Assembly: GCA_027923505.1 (NCBI GenBank) | Contig: BROI01000003.1 | Coordinates: 930,001 to 994,000, forward strand | Origin: Mayamaea pseudoterrestris | Lineage: Eukaryota | Direction: 5' to 3' | Length of the DNA: 64,000 nt | In this document: one piece after another, positions 10,751-26,156 of the stretch | Numbering within the stretch: position 1 is the stretch's first letter | How the letters are laid out: every line of letters begins with the position of its first letter | Translations under genes and position numbers: made by a program | Notes under the pieces: generated by a model | The model's input: only the letters and a program-made list of their open reading frames with translations | What the model was told of the DNA's origin: nothing | Database searches by the model: none

Positions 10751-10816
10751 CTGCATGAAGAACTAAAAGAGGAAGTGAAACGAAGGAAGGTGCGAGTGAA
10801 TACGTAGTCGGATTGA
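10691..10816 (+). repeat. Imperfect tandem duplication (60 + 66 bp) of the last ~20 codons and stop of the lipoyl-like gene
   Basis: CTGCATGAA...GAAGGTGCGA...GTCGGATTGA occurs at 10691-10750 and again at 10751-10816. Confidence 0.85.
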
Positions 10817-10906
10817 CTGTAGCGAAAAAGCGAATGGCGAAGACTCAACCACAGATAATACCTGTATAGCTTATTTGTAGTGTTTTAGCCCGTTGTGGTC
10901 TATATC

Positions 10907-13004
<2,098 letters not shown>

Positions 13005-13210
13005 CTGATGTCCAAAGTGTCACACCAGTTTTCAAGGCTGAGTGACGCACTATTCATGACGCATTTCGTAGGATCGTGAAAAGACACGAGAAAAACAAAA
13101 ACCACCATGAATGACCATCCGCTGTCGAGTGCCAAGCGAACAAGAGCATCAGAGGCCTTACATCCTACCACCGTAATCGTAGATATACTCCATAGTTCAA
13201 CTTGGAAATC

Positions 13211-16136
13211 ATGTGGGGAATATCCTTCGATGACATGGCTAGAAAAGCCGCAGAGTTGCAGGAGCAAGCGACGCAGGCAGCAGGATCGCTCGCGCAAAGT
13301 GCTGTGAGTTGCTTGGAAAAGAGTTTAAGTACTTTGCTCGCTTGTGGGTTATCGTAGACTCACACCTTACTCGCGATGGTTTCACATTCAGACTCCAGTA
13401 TCTGTTAATTTCTCGAGTCCAAAAGCTTTCTTCAATCTCGATGGGATACAAGAGCAAGAGGAATCTGCTCATGCGGCGGCGGCAGCAGCAGCAGCAGCAA
13501 CGCAAACTGCTCCACCTGTTTTATCTGATCCGCCAATAAAGAATACATTGGAAGCACCTGAACCGCTGTCGACAGATTCAACTCCAGTGGAGAACACAGA
13601 GGCTGTCTCAAAGACGGAGTCTGGGCCTGGACGCGATCACACGGAAACCACTCCTCCTGTCAGGAACATGGATCGAGATGCGTCAGATGAGAATAAAGGA
13701 GTCATTTCCGCAGCTCCATCGGCTGATGGATGGGGAGAAGACGATTTAAAGGTTGAAGATATGTCAGACGACGACAACATAGATCAAAATGTCCAAGATG
13801 TCGAGATTGAAAGTGTGGGTGCGATTGCGACGAACGTTGATGTTCCAGTAAATGAGTCAAAAGCTGTACGCGAACCACCTACCGCGCCCGAGAATGAAGA
13901 ACCAACAATTTACGTTGAGAGCACTGACTTTGAAGCTGCAGTCGATGAAGCTGCACCGCAGCCCGTCGAGCCGAATGAGGAAGTGGGAAGTGCGTCTGAA
14001 GCGTCAACCCACGACGATCTTGCGCAGAAACTCGACGTAGCTGTGCAGGATCAAGCGGCAACGGATGATTCTGCGATTGATGATTCAGTCCAATCCTTGA
14101 ACAAATCGCAGAACGCTGTTCCTGATGCTATTCTTGAGAATTTTTCGCAGCAGCTTCAACGACTTGAAGAGAACTTCGCAGCGGAGCGAAAGGAACTCAT
14201 GCAGCAACATGCAATCCAGGTTGAGCAGCTAAAAGCCTCATTCACGCATGATGAATGCCAGGCCCATCGCGCAAGCATGGAGGAAGAGTATAAGCAGCAG
14301 ATGCAGACGCTCGATGAACGCTTGCACAATATTGCTCGTAAAAATGAAGGCTATCGATTGAAGATCGACATGTTGCAGCGTGAAGTAGATGGCACCAAAA
14401 AGCTATTGGAGGAGCGAGATGGCGACATGGGCAAGACGCAGAATGAGCATGGCAGCGTCGTGAAAGGGCTTCAGGAACAGTTGCTTGCCGAACAACGCAA
14501 GTCGACTCAGTTAGATTTGGATGTAAAGCGTCTTAACGAAAAGCTTGATACTGCAGCGAATGAATCAAAGTCACAACAATTGCAGCATGTAGATCTCAAG
14601 GAGCGCATGAAGGCACTGGCTGTAGAACTGAAGGAACGTCGACAAGAGTGCAGACAGCTGAAGATGCAGGTAGAAAATCAAAATGAAACGAATGAGCGTT
14701 TGCAACGTGAAGTTGATGGGCTGCGGCTACAAATTTCGAATCAGGGCTTGAATTCTACAGAAAAGGACGAAGAACTGAATCAGGTTAGAGCAAGTCTTGT
14801 TGACGCAAAAGCCGAAATTACGAAGGCGCACCAGGCGTTGCTGGAACAAGAGTCTCGTTTCGAAAAAATGCTTGCCGACTACAAGAAAAAGGCGCAGAAC
14901 TCGCTTGCCCTTACCAATTCTCGGGCAGCCGCGGCGGTTCAAGCAAAGGAGGAAGCTGAACTTGAGGCTAGATCGGCTCGAAGTACTGCTGACATGGCGA
15001 TGGATAAAGCTGTGCAAGCGGAACTCACTGCCAAGCGACAAGTGGCGGAAGCGCGCCACCAAGTGCAAGAGTTAGAATTAGAAAAATCTTCTGCTTTGAA
15101 AGAAAATGCCATTGTTATAGGACAACTCAAGGACCTTGAGACAGAAATTGAAAAGACCAAGCGGACTTTAAAAGAGTCTGAAGGTTTCCGGGAACGCATT
15201 GCCGACGAACACCAGAAAACTACGACAGAATTACGTCAATACAAAGCGCTGCTGGCAAATCTGCAGCTGGAGCTCAGCGAAACAAAGCAGAAGGAGACGG
15301 ATCTACGCCAAGGCCTTTCAACAGCTCGCGAGGAATTGCAACAACTTCGGAAGGCTCTCGGAGCAGCTCAAGCTGCAGGGATGCAACCTTCTGACGACGA
15401 GCAGCAGTCCATGCAGACTAAAACAAAAGCGTCTGCTACGAAAAACAATGAATTGGAGGCGTCCATGGATGAGGAGACAATGGCTAGCTTTCAGCGTGAG
15501 CTTTTTGAGGCCCGCGAAACAAACGAAGAGCTTAAGCAGGCTTTGGCCATTGTAATTGCTGAGAACGATAATTTAAAGCAGCGTAGAAATGGCATGAATT
15601 GCGCCGAAGACAAAACAAACAACTCGATGACGCCTCAGCACTCAATGTCGAATGATGCCGAGTGGACTCCCCTATTCTATGCTATTGAGAAACAGGCTGA
15701 ATTAAAGACGGCCCGCGATGAAATTGCTCGTTTAGCAAACTTTCTGTCAAAAGTGCAGTCCGAGAAAAGCGAAGCAGAGGAATCGGTGGCAGCAATAAGG
15801 CAGCGAATGGAAGAAGCGGAAACGCGCCTCAAACTTTTTAATAAATTTGGACGTCATCTAAACGATGAAGGAGCCACAACTACGAACGGAAACGGCGGGG
15901 TAGCACCCACTAATTCGAGCATTGTCAGTATCGAGTATCTAAAAAACATCATGCTTCGGTACCTTAACGCCAAGAGCGTGAAAGAGAAGAAGGCGTTGGT
16001 GCCAGCTATTGGAGCAGTTTTGGAATTTACATCAGACGAGCAACGTGCTGCGATTCAGAATGTTGAAGAAGGCGCAAGTCTTGGAGGTGTCGGTTCAAGC
16101 TTGTTCGAAACTATCAGCTTTAAACTAAGCAGTTGA
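13211..16136 (+). CDS. GRIP-domain coiled-coil golgin, 2 exons (intron 13304-13391)
   Basis: Exon 1 MWGISFDDMARKAAELQ...SA ends at GTGAGT; long coiled coil; C-terminal IEYLKNIMLRYL...LVPAIGAVLEFTSDE GRIP motif. Confidence 0.85.
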
Positions 16137-16191
16137 ATTTTATCTGCTACACCTTATTATCTTATTACTGCATAATACTTACGCTTGGCAG

Positions 16192-17535
16192 TTAGCACTC
16201 GCCATGCATTCTGCCCCAAAGCTTGTCAAAGAACACTTTGCGCCACCCCGGTTCGAGGCGAGGTGCCTTGCTCTTTTCTTCTTTCAGTGTTATAAGCTGA
16301 TGCTTAAGCTCGGGTGGGCACCTCTTGCATTTCAAGAGGTGTGCATGAATATTCTGGCTCGTAGAGTTAGTCGACAAACTTTTGGAGGTGACCGGAAAAT
16401 ATTTCCCGAGGCCGGCGTGTCCATTGCAGTGACGGCACTGGAAACCAGGAAAGCCGACGGGTCCCTTCGAACGCGCAACAAAGCGATCGGCTTCAGTAAA
16501 CCTACATCGCACAACTTGGCTCATGAGAAAGTAAACGTACGATGGTACGATGGATGCATCCTCGATCCTAACAATTGATTCACCATCGACGAGTGAACCG
16601 GTAGCCTGTTGTAAGTTTGAAGCAGGAGCGGCTGGCAGAAGTGAAGTGAGCGCTTTCGCGGCAGCAAACTCAGCTCGTTGGGCCCCCTGCGTGCCCGCAG
16701 TGCGGTACTTGCTGGCCAATCGGATACGCTCTTGCGTCTGAACACTTTCCCAGCGGCTTGATGAAAAGCAAGGTCCTACTCGCATTTCGTGGGGATGACT
16801 AAAAGCGTTCCTTGGCAAAGCCGTCTCACGATGTTGGCGGCAAGTCTGTTCGTGAACACATGCTTCTTCATAAGTGGCAAACGCCGCAACGTTGCAAAAG
16901 TCGCAGATCCATTGATTAGACGACTCCCTTGGCGGAAGCACACGTAGGGGCGCGAATCCCGGCGGGCGTACCGGCACTGCATGACGATGCATCCACTGAG
17001 GAGGGATTTGATGATGCAATGGCAATGTGATGGATCTCCTGACGAGGACGCCATGCGACGTGGGAGGCCTGTAGGGTTGGTCCCTCACCATCATCATTCT
17101 TGGAAACACCTGCAAACGACGAGACTGCTGCCGCTCATAATTCATTGTATCTGGTGCAAATGTCACACTCTTTCCACCGGATGACATGCGTCGTAGGATC
17201 GGAACTGGTCGCACTTCCGATGTGATGCTTGAAGGATGCTCCTCCCTGACGGCGGAACCCGCTTCATGCGAAGTCGAGTCTTCGTGGGCTGGATTATTTT
17301 CGGCATCTCTTGTTTCATAAAGCATGCTATCCTGACTCATTGATGCGAGTGAGGCCAGAGCGAAGGCCGAAGCAATCTCGCTTGCGCCGACTCCATCGTT
17401 TGGGAACGTATACTTTGGCTTCTTGTGCAGGTATGTTTCATGCTCTGGAAGCTCATAGTCACGTTGTCTTGTCAGCCTACTAAAGTCTTCTCTACTAATT
17501 GTCGAGTCCATACTCGTATCAGACAAATTTTGCAT
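16192..17535 (-). CDS. Diatom-type Cys/His zinc-finger-like protein, putative regulator (probable start MQNLS; ORF extends to 17973)
   Basis: WICDFCNVAAFATYEEACVHEQTC and C-terminal PGFQCRHC...GKYFP...HAHLLKCKRCP module. Confidence 0.7.
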   Translation of the reverse strand: MQNLSDTSMDSTISREDFSRLTRQRDYELPEHETYLHKKPKYTFPNDGVGASEIASAFALASLASMSQDSMLYETRDAENNPAHEDSTSHEAGSAVREEHPSSITSEVRPVPILRRMSSGGKSVTFAPDTMNYERQQSRRLQVFPRMMMVRDQPYRPPTSHGVLVRRSITLPLHHQIPPQWMHRHAVPVRPPGFAPLRVLPPRESSNQWICDFCNVAAFATYEEACVHEQTCRQHRETALPRNAFSHPHEMRVGPCFSSSRWESVQTQERIRLASKYRTAGTQGAQRAEFAAAKALTSLLPAAPASNLQQATGSLVDGESIVRIEDASIVPSYVYFLMSQVVRCRFTEADRFVARSKGPVGFPGFQCRHCNGHAGLGKYFPVTSKSLSTNSTSQNIHAHLLKCKRCPPELKHQLITLKEEKSKAPRLEPGWRKVFFDKLWGRMHGEC

Positions 17536-17914
17536 AGCTGCCGCAAAATGTGAGACAAAGTGAGTGGAAAAAAGGCCCGACTTGTTTGCACCCCTCCATT
17601 CGCTCTCAACCGCTCCGAACAATTCGAGCGCAACTGATGCGCCGCAAAAGCATTCGATCCGACGGTGCGCCAGCTTATCGCGCCGCTTTCCGGATTCGTC
17701 TCGTCCATACGTTGCTGAAAACTTTGGGATGCGTTGAATGTTAATTGATTGCCGACGCCAGGGTGCACCGACATTTTGTGAAGCGCGGTGCGCATCTCGG
17801 GTCGGCATGCTCGCCCGGCGCACCTGGGAGTACCACTGCGTCGTCGATTCAGAACCAATCGCTCGATCAATCGCATCGCGTCGTCTGGACTGGATCATTT
17901 TTCGTTTTTCGACC

Positions 17915-19907
17915 ATGAACAAGGGCAATGACACGGGTAGCATGGGCACTTCCGTAGAGCCATCAGACCGCAAGAGAACTGTAGAAGAGGGAAATGATTT
18001 GGAGAAGAATAATAGTTCGGCGATGAATGATCAAACAGACAGAGGCTCGGCAGCTCCAAAACCGAAGCGAATCAAGAGCAAGCATCAAGAACCTTCCGTT
18101 CGAGCCATTCGATCGGTCATTCAACAATGCTGCGCAAGAAACGATTTACGAAAAGCTATTGAAGCGTATGAAAAGACAATTGCTGATAAAACGAGGCTCG
18201 AGCCGCAGTCATTCTACAATTTACTCAGCCTGTGCGACGGCCTTTCCGATCGAGGAATTCATGTCGGGACCCCAAAATTGTCGACCGACAATGATCAAAA
18301 AGACTTGATATCAACGCAACATGTTGACGAGGAGTCTCGTTTGAGATACGCGAAGAGAATTAAGGAGCATATGGATCAGCTGAAGCTGCCGCTGACGGAG
18401 ACGGCTTGGTCGGCACTCGTCAAGCTCCATTCCAGAAACCACCAATTTGACCTGGCGGAACAGCATCTTACGGAAGCGGAATCGACTCAACAATGTCGCC
18501 CCAAGCTACGCATGTACTCAGCACTGCTAGTCGCTTATTGCGAGATTGGTAGGATGCAGGATGCATTAATTGTATGGTTGCGATTGTCCAAGATTAACTT
18601 GGCTGTTTCGGAACGTGAGTATTTGGCTTTGATTCAGTGCGCCACAAAGTATGGATTTGCTCGCGTCATGGAAAGAGTTTTGCAGGATTTATCGGAGGAT
18701 GTCTTAGTGCCAAGCAAAGAGACTTCCCGAGCGCTGGAGGAATGGTTTCAATCTGCATATGCTACCAACGCAACGGTGGCGAACGACTCGGTTGCCATTG
18801 ACTCGATTCTACAGCAAATCCAAGCACCGTCTGCTGATCAACTGCCTGCAACGTTTAAGTTTAAAATACAGTCAGCGACTGGGTGGGTTGTCTCTAGTGG
18901 ATGTCCAGTCGAGATGACTAGTGGAGAGCTCTTGGAAGGCTGTTTGAAAAACTGTAACTTAAAACCTGTGACCATCTCGGAGCAATGCTGGCTTGAGATG
19001 AAGGAGATGAATGAGACGATAGGTAAGATGAGTTATACTTAAATGACTGTCGCAGCAGGACAGAAAACTCACTGGGGTTTAATTTTAGTTTCGTCTGGGA
19101 AGATTGACGGCGACATGTCCGGGGTGCAAGGCGGTCGCAAAGGGCCAAAGCGCCAAGTTACGGACCGCGAACAGCGAAAGAAGTATTGGAGCTTATTTCA
19201 TTCATTTTTGGAGCGTCAGTGCTCAGTTGGCAAGTTTGATGTCATAATTGATGGAGCAAATGTCGGATACTACCAGCAAAATTACCAGTCCGCTCCAAGA
19301 CACGTTGATTACAGGCAGATTGATTGGCTTGTAAAACACTTCCAAAAAGAGAATAAAAAGGGTAAGCCAAACAACTCTTGTCTTCATGTGTAAAAACCTC
19401 TTCTTAAATGCATCGATATTCATTTCGGCAGTTCTCTTGGTAATTCATTCTCGCCATTTCGCACCGAATCTCATGCCTCGCCAATACATACCCCTCGAGC
19501 GATCTTGGCGAGACGACGGCATTCTATACTGTACGCCTCCTTGCATGAATGACGACTGGTTTTGGCTGCATGCAGCTTTGTATTGCGGACCAGGAACGCT
19601 CGTCGTGACGAATGATGAGATGCGAGACCATCATTTTCAAATGCTGGCACCGAGGTCCTTTCTCCGATGGAAGGATCGACACCAAGTTCATTTTAGCTTT
19701 GGTCAATGGCGACAAGATCATTCGCGAGAAGTTAATCTAATTTATCCTGACGTTTACAGTCGAAGGATTCAGTGCATTAAGGATGGTCTCGTCATTCCTT
19801 GGCCTAAACGCGGCGATGAACGTCGCTTTTTGGATGGCACTCATGTTGCTTGTGAGGATGATCCAACGGAAGAAACATACGTTTGCATACGACCCAGGAG
19901 TAAGTAA
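17915..19907 (+). CDS. PRORP: Protein-only RNase P (PPR + NYN metallonuclease), 3 exons (introns 19023-19088, 19362-19431)
   Basis: PPR-like helices; DVIIDGANVGYY, NDDWFWLHAA, VVTNDEMRDHHF; basic NLS-like PKPKRIKSK. Confidence 0.9.
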
Positions 19908-20069
19908 ATTGAAATAATATGTAAACATCTAGAAAGTGTTGTAAATGATTCGATTTCGTTCGTCGTGCGCCAGCCTATAAACAAGATGTCGCCATCCCGC
20001 AATTTCTCCTTCGTTCTCTTTTCTCGCCTCCTCGTATCGCCACGACAACATTTTCGCCCACCAAACTCC

Positions 20070-20826
20070 TTAAGACGATTCACACCACTTGTTCTCGTCG
20101 CGAACCTGCGCTTCCTCCTCGGGCGTAAAGTCGTTGGTAATGTTGAAGGTAGCACGAATCTCCTCCGGCGTCTTGCCCTTGATCATGCTCGCAACTGTAG
20201 CGCAGGTCAAGTCAAGGAGTGGCTTGATATCCATGTAATTGGCCGCCAAAATGAGCTCAAACAAAAGAACCTGCTCAAGGTCAACAAAGTCAGCGTACCA
20301 CTTTTGGACAACGTCCGCCATCGACTTGGACTTGAGCGGCTTCTCAATCTCATTCATGGGGTCCGAAAGGTGGTGCTCGCAAAACTCAATCACCTTTTGC
20401 AGTACCTGCGACTTGACGTTCGGAAGCGGAATCTCTGGAGTGACTGACTCGTCCTCGTCTTCATTATCTAATAAAGAATACGAGCATTTATTTGGTAAGT
20501 TACAGACCTTGCGAATGCATCGAGAGCCGTCGTGGAAGCGATGAGAATTTTTGTTCACAAGAAAATTTAGAATCGTACCAGTAATTGTCGACTTGACAAG
20601 CTCGGACATGACCGCAACCTTACGGGCGACTGTAAAAGACTCTCCGTCCTTGGAGACCTGCAATATAATTAAGATAGGCTGGATGAGCAGCTGCATGCAA
20701 GTTCCGCGGAGCGACAAATTGAACGAATGTAAATCCGCCTCCACTCCGGTCATTTTTTGCTGCTTCTTCAACCTCTATTCGTCGCAAATTACTTACAAGC
20801 GTGATCGGGGGTTCTTCGGCGTCCAT
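20070..20826 (-). CDS. SKP1: SKP1 (SCF ubiquitin-ligase adaptor), 3 exons (introns 20796-20658, 20578-20468)
   Basis: [56 protein letters not shown]. Confidence 0.95.
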
Positions 20827-21306
20827 GTTGGCTCGATCTTTTATAATTGCAATGCTTGAGTCGCCGCTTCACGTCGAGAGTCGATGAGATTGTGTGCGCT
20901 GCTCTTTCGCGATGCGGCGATTTCACGGACGGCGCCGGCCAGACCGAAACCCATTCTTCACAATCAGGTGGCTGTGCTTTGTGTGTACACATCGTGCCAT
21001 AGTGACGTTGAACTCACATTTTCGTCCGATGCGCACAAATTTGCGCGGCGGCCGCGCCAAGAAAATGGACCGCAACATTTTCTTTTCGAAGCCGTCGCTT
21101 CTTCTTTCGTTTGCAAAACGTTCATCGGTCTATCATCCATTGACAGGTTCATCGGCCGGTAGTGCAACTGTCTGTACTTTCCAAAGTGATACGAGCCAGC
21201 GATCTTCTACATCATTTTCCAGCAGCTCTTTCGCAGACAAACTTTTCGTCAATCCAACGCTTCCGAGCATTTATCACAACGGCAGTCGACGACCACAAGA
21301 AGCATC

Positions 21307-22470
21307 ATGCCTCCCAAGTCGGAAACAATGCCCGACGATGTTGAAATGCAGCCACTAGCTTTGAGTGACTCTTCGGAACGCTCACAAATTCTCAAAAATG
21401 CATCTGACAAGGAGGAGGAAGATGACGCCGTCAACTCGCAAGGCAAAAACAAGTGGAGTTTGAAGAATTCCGGCGGAGTCAAGGCGCTTTCGGCATGTGG
21501 ACTGTATAGCTTTTGCTCGGTGAGCATGATTTTGGTGAACAAGAGCCTGGCAAGTAGCTACAATCACTTGCTGGATCATGGAGACTTGAACATTTTGCTC
21601 GTGGTGGTTCAAGCCATTGTTGCAGTGATTTGCGTCGAAAGTTGTCGGCACTTGAAAATTATTGAGGCATACCCTCCCCTCACGTGGGAAACTATCAAGG
21701 GATGGGCTCCCGTTAATATCTTCTTTTGCTTGATGCTGTTTACGGGCATGGCAAGCTTGCAGACAAACTCGGTGCCCATGGTGACCGTATTCAAGGTGAG
21801 TCTTCTTCATTGCTTTGGCGCATGAGTTGTCTACTGTCAAACTCTTCCACCTTTCTAACTTTTCATTTAGAATGTGACAAACATTGTCACTTCGCTCGGA
21901 GACTATGTCTTTTTTGGAAGCAAGTCAGAACCACTCGTTGTGGTGGCCTTTGGTATTATGCTGGGCGGAGCTGTCTTGGCTGCCTGGAATGACATTTTCA
22001 TCACATGGCAAGGCTTGTTTTGGATGGCAGCCAATTGTGTTAGCACTTCTGGCTACGTTCTATACATGAAGCATGCGACGAACAATATCAAAATGACCAA
22101 GTTTGGTATGGTGTTTGTTAATAACGTCTTGTGCGTCGTGTTTCTGCTTCCATTTTCCTTTGCCATGGGAGAAATCAAGCTCTTTTTCGAAAGCAAGGCG
22201 CTTCATACTTTCGATTACGCGTTTAAAAATGCTTTCGCTGGCTTGGTTGGATTCTTTCTCAACTTTGCCTCGCTCAATTGCGTTCAAGCGACTGGGCCGA
22301 CGACGTATGCCATTGTTGGGTCGCTCAACAAGATTCCTGTGACGTTTCTCGGGTACATGCTTTTTGACAATAGAATCTCACCAGAAACTTGGTTCTTTAT
22401 ATCTGTGAGCATGACGGGAGGCTTTGTCTACTCGTATGCCAAGCTGCGGACGTCCATGACTAGAAAGTAA
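21307..22470 (+). CDS. Golgi GDP-mannose (GDP-sugar) transporter, VRG4/GONST family, intron 21796-21870
   Basis: Multi-TM; SMILVNK, VFK|NVTN after splicing, TTYAIVGSLNKIP (GXLNK motif). Confidence 0.88.
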
Positions 22471-22613
22471 TTCGTTTGTATGCAAGCCGAGACTGACACT
22501 ATAAATCTGAATAAAGATCTCAATTAATTGCTGCGAACAGCATTATCTGAATAGTTATTAGCGTACTTACTTTGATACGTGTATAGCTGTATGGTATATT
22601 TCACATGATATGT

Positions 22614-23236
22614 TTAGCGACCTCGCTTTAGACTCTTTTCAATCTCAGCGTATTCCTGATACAAGCGCTTGCGTCGCTTTTCCGGCAGAGGGTACTTAAA
22701 ACCATAAGACGTGTAGTGCCCAGCAAGTACATTGATACTTGTGTAAAGAGTGCTGAATGACGGCTTGCCGGCCACCTTGGGGAAGCGACGGTAATAGCTC
22801 ACAAAGTCCACCATTTCCTTCTTCATGTTCTTTCCAAACTCCTCCATTTTCTCAGATCCTTTGGCAAGTCCAGTCGCAACAACCATGTGGTTGCGTACTT
22901 TTGCTGCGTCTTCGTCGTACTTAAATGATAAGCCCCAGTCCACAGGGAAGGCATACGTTGTTGACTGCTCTGGAACGACGACCTCCGCCAACGCCGGAGA
23001 TGCCGAAACGAGTCCAGATGTCAAGACGGCAGCCCCAGCTGTCTTTAAAAAGTCACGGCGTGCCGATGCAGTGTCCTATCATAGCCGTTCGGAAGTAGAG
23101 GTAAGCTTATATTATTTCGCATAGTGGAAGCGATTCAAGTCTCTCATTTCTAACTTACGGTCTTGGGCACATTCAGAGGCGAGAAAGCCGAGGCGGAAAC
23201 GGCGAGGAGTGAGACGAGCGCTAATGATTTCATCAT
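22614..23236 (-). CDS. PSB27: Photosystem II assembly factor Psb27, intron 23158-23076
   Basis: Signal peptide ...ASA-FSP, twin-Arg RRDFL..ALA lumen signal; FVSYYRR..VAGKPSFSTLYTSINVLAGHY..PLPEKRRKRL. Confidence 0.88.
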
Positions 23237-23559
23237 GATGTAACTGTGCAAGGAACTGGTCGATAGTGGCAAATCTTTTCGTCTTCTTCGGTGAACTAAT
23301 AACAACGCAGGTGTCACGCGGCTGATCTGTCAAGGTGCTGGTGTGGTGGTGATCTTGGTCGGTCGGTGGAGGAGGCCATGGCGACCTGCTCACGCAGTGA
23401 GTCGCTCGATGACGTGTTTTGAAGCGCAAAGATCGCGCTGCGCGCCAAGGGCGTCGCATCGTTACCAAAAGTGGTCTATGACTTGTTCCATCAAAGCTAA
23501 AGATATGTACGAGCGGGATTTTATTTAAGATAAAAACTTGCTAGAGTTTGATCGTTAAA

Positions 23560-25839
23560 TTATGCCAAACCATTGTGGCGAAGGAGCGCTTCTGGGTTGG
23601 GATCGCGGCCGCGAAAGCTTTTAAATACTTCTCCCGGAGACTTGCCACCACCGAGGCTCAGCACTGTCTCCCTAAATTTACGGCCAATCTTTCGAACTTC
23701 CTCTTCATTGTCCAAGCCAACATCCTCAAAGGCAGAGAAGGCATCAGCAGACATAACTTCTGCCCATTTGTAGCTATAGTAACCAGCTGCGTAACCGCCG
23801 GCAAAAATATGCGAAAATGTAGCAAGGAAACGATCTTCCTCGAGTGGCATATTGTATGGCGAATACTTGGTAGCCATCTTTCGTTGGACGTCAAAGATTG
23901 AATCACCGTCACCAGACATGCCCTTTGCTGCGTCATAGTCATTGTGTAAGGCCAAATCAAGCTGACCAAATAGGAGCTGTCGACAAGCCATCATGCCTGC
24001 GCCATAGGTCTTTTGCTCCTTCAATTTGTTAAACATATCTTCGGGCATTGGTTCGCCAGATTCCCAGTGTTTGGCAAAACCATAGACAGTCGGTCGGTCG
24101 TAGCACCAGTTCTCCATGAATTGCGAAGGCAGTTCAACGGCATCCCACTCGACGCCGTTGATTCCAGCAACGTCTCCAACAGTTGCTGTCGTAAGCATGT
24201 GTTGTAGGCCGTGACCAAACTCGTGAAACAGTGTCTCTACCTCACGAAAAGTCATGAGGGACGGCTTGTCACCAACGGGAGGCGATCCATTGCACGTCAA
24301 GTATGCAACTGGGGTGTCGCGTCTTGTAGCCTCGCTCTTTCCAATGCACACGTCCATCCATGCACCGCCGCGCTTATCTTCGGGGCGAGAATACGGATCC
24401 AAAAAGAAGGCCGCAATTTGCTTGTTCGTGTCCTTGTCATATACTTTGAAGTACTGAACGTCTTTGTTCCAGACCTCAGTCTCACCATCAGCGGCTTTAA
24501 CATCAATGTTAAAAATTCGCTCGACAAGCGAGAACATGCCTTCCAAAACGGCAGGGAGCGCAAAGTATGAACGGGTCTCCTCCTCGGTGAGTTCAAATTT
24601 CGATTCCTTCAACCGTTCACTCCAGAATGTAAGGTCCCAAGGCATAAGTCTGGGACAACTGGCCTCACTGTATTCGTCTCCACCCTTTTCTCGAGCAAGT
24701 GCCGTAATCTCGGCAAACTCCTTCTCAGCCGCTGGCAAAGCCTTTTCACGAATCAAGTCGGAAAGCTCCGTGATACTCTCAACCGACGGAGCCATTTTCG
24801 AAGCCAGGCTCAATTCTGCGTAGCTTTTATAACCTAGTAGATTCGCCATTTCTGCTCGGAGCATCAGTATTTCGTATATTAATGGCACGTTGTTCTTGTC
24901 TTCATTCTTTTCCGATGCCCGCGAAATATTCGCCTTGTAGACTTGCTCACGAATGCCACGGTCTCGGACATGTGAAAGAACGGCGATGTATGACGGCATG
25001 TCGAGGGTAATTCGCCATGGTCCATTGTCGAGGTTCGCATCAGGAGTCGCTCCTCCCGGCGCCGCCACGGACGCCGCGTGAGCTGCCGCCCACAAACTCT
25101 TGGCGGAATCAGGCACACCTTCTAATTTTGACGCATCATCGACTGTCAGACTGAATGCCTTGGTTTCATCGAGAACATTGTTGCTAAACGTTGTTGAAAT
25201 TTGGGCAAGACGTTGCTTGATCTCATTGAATCGCTCCTTAGCCTCTCCCTCAAGTCCAACGCCCCCAAGCTTCATTCCACGCAAAGAGTTCTCCACAGCG
25301 CGTCTTTTCTGGCTCTCTTCAAATGATTCAGCCGATGCCTTATTCCAGCTCTTCTCAATGTTTTCCAGTGCATCGTACAAGGGCTTGCTTTGGCTAAACT
25401 GGCTCATGGCTTTGACAATCTTTGGCTGATTCGACTCGTACGCTTGTCGAAGCTCTTCACCATTCTTGACGCCATTCAAGTGCCCGGCCACGCCCCAGAC
25501 GTATCCCAATCCAAACTGGATGCGTTCAACCTCCGGAAGAACTTGATCATAGTCAATTGTCTCTTTTTTCTTCGAAAGCTTTTCTTCCAAGCTGGCAAAA
25601 TCTATCTCCATCTTTGAAAGCAACGCTTCCACAGCCGGAGTCAAATCCTCTGGTTTGATGCTCTGAAACTTTGGCAAATCCTCCATCTGCAGGAGCGGGT
25701 TTGTCGCCGTCGCCGTGGAGGAAAGTGTAGTCGAGGCGCGGCACGTTTGAGCACCGAAATGCCGAGCGGCCGTTCGCGTGATGAATGCTCGCGCCGTAAT
25801 GGAAAACATTGACATGGCGACGCAATTGGCAAACTTCAT
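23560..25839 (-). CDS. Oligopeptidase A (M3A), organelle-targeted paralogue
   Basis: HEFGH motif and the same M3A motifs as 7790..9940; ~45-aa Ser/Thr/Arg-rich presequence (ARA-FIT). Confidence 0.95.
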   Translation of the reverse strand: MKFANCVAMSMFSITARAFITRTAARHFGAQTCRASTTLSSTATATNPLLQMEDLPKFQSIKPEDLTPAVEALLSKMEIDFASLEEKLSKKKETIDYDQVLPEVERIQFGLGYVWGVAGHLNGVKNGEELRQAYESNQPKIVKAMSQFSQSKPLYDALENIEKSWNKASAESFEESQKRRAVENSLRGMKLGGVGLEGEAKERFNEIKQRLAQISTTFSNNVLDETKAFSLTVDDASKLEGVPDSAKSLWAAAHAASVAAPGGATPDANLDNGPWRITLDMPSYIAVLSHVRDRGIREQVYKANISRASEKNEDKNNVPLIYEILMLRAEMANLLGYKSYAELSLASKMAPSVESITELSDLIREKALPAAEKEFAEITALAREKGGDEYSEASCPRLMPWDLTFWSERLKESKFELTEEETRSYFALPAVLEGMFSLVERIFNIDVKAADGETEVWNKDVQYFKVYDKDTNKQIAAFFLDPYSRPEDKRGGAWMDVCIGKSEATRRDTPVAYLTCNGSPPVGDKPSLMTFREVETLFHEFGHGLQHMLTTATVGDVAGINGVEWDAVELPSQFMENWCYDRPTVYGFAKHWESGEPMPEDMFNKLKEQKTYGAGMMACRQLLFGQLDLALHNDYDAAKGMSGDGDSIFDVQRKMATKYSPYNMPLEEDRFLATFSHIFAGGYAAGYYSYKWAEVMSADAFSAFEDVGLDNEEEVRKIGRKFRETVLSLGGGKSPGEVFKSFRGRDPNPEALLRHNGLA

Positions 25840-26156
25840 AGTTCTTGTCAGTATTTACTTTAGTTGTCAACGCAAAAGCACCTTGGTCGTGTGCAATTTG
25901 TGTTGTGTGCCATGGTCGAGCAAACTATTCCACGCAACTCGCGCGACCGCGATCGATGAGTCAGTCTCACGCATGTCGCACCAGTTCTTGTCTGTGTCGT
26001 AACGGTTTGCACGCACAGGTGCATCCATCGATGATTCCAAAAACCTTCCGGAATGACCGACAACATCATCATGACAAACATCAGCGAATTACTGCTAACT
26101 TTGGACAGACTTATATGAAGAATCGGAAAACAATGGAAAAATGAATCTCGTTTACC

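Noticed and set aside
17536..17973. Overlapping 5' extensions of ORFs 16192..17973 and 17738..19042
   Set aside because: More simply a divergent intergenic region, with real starts near 17535 and 17915
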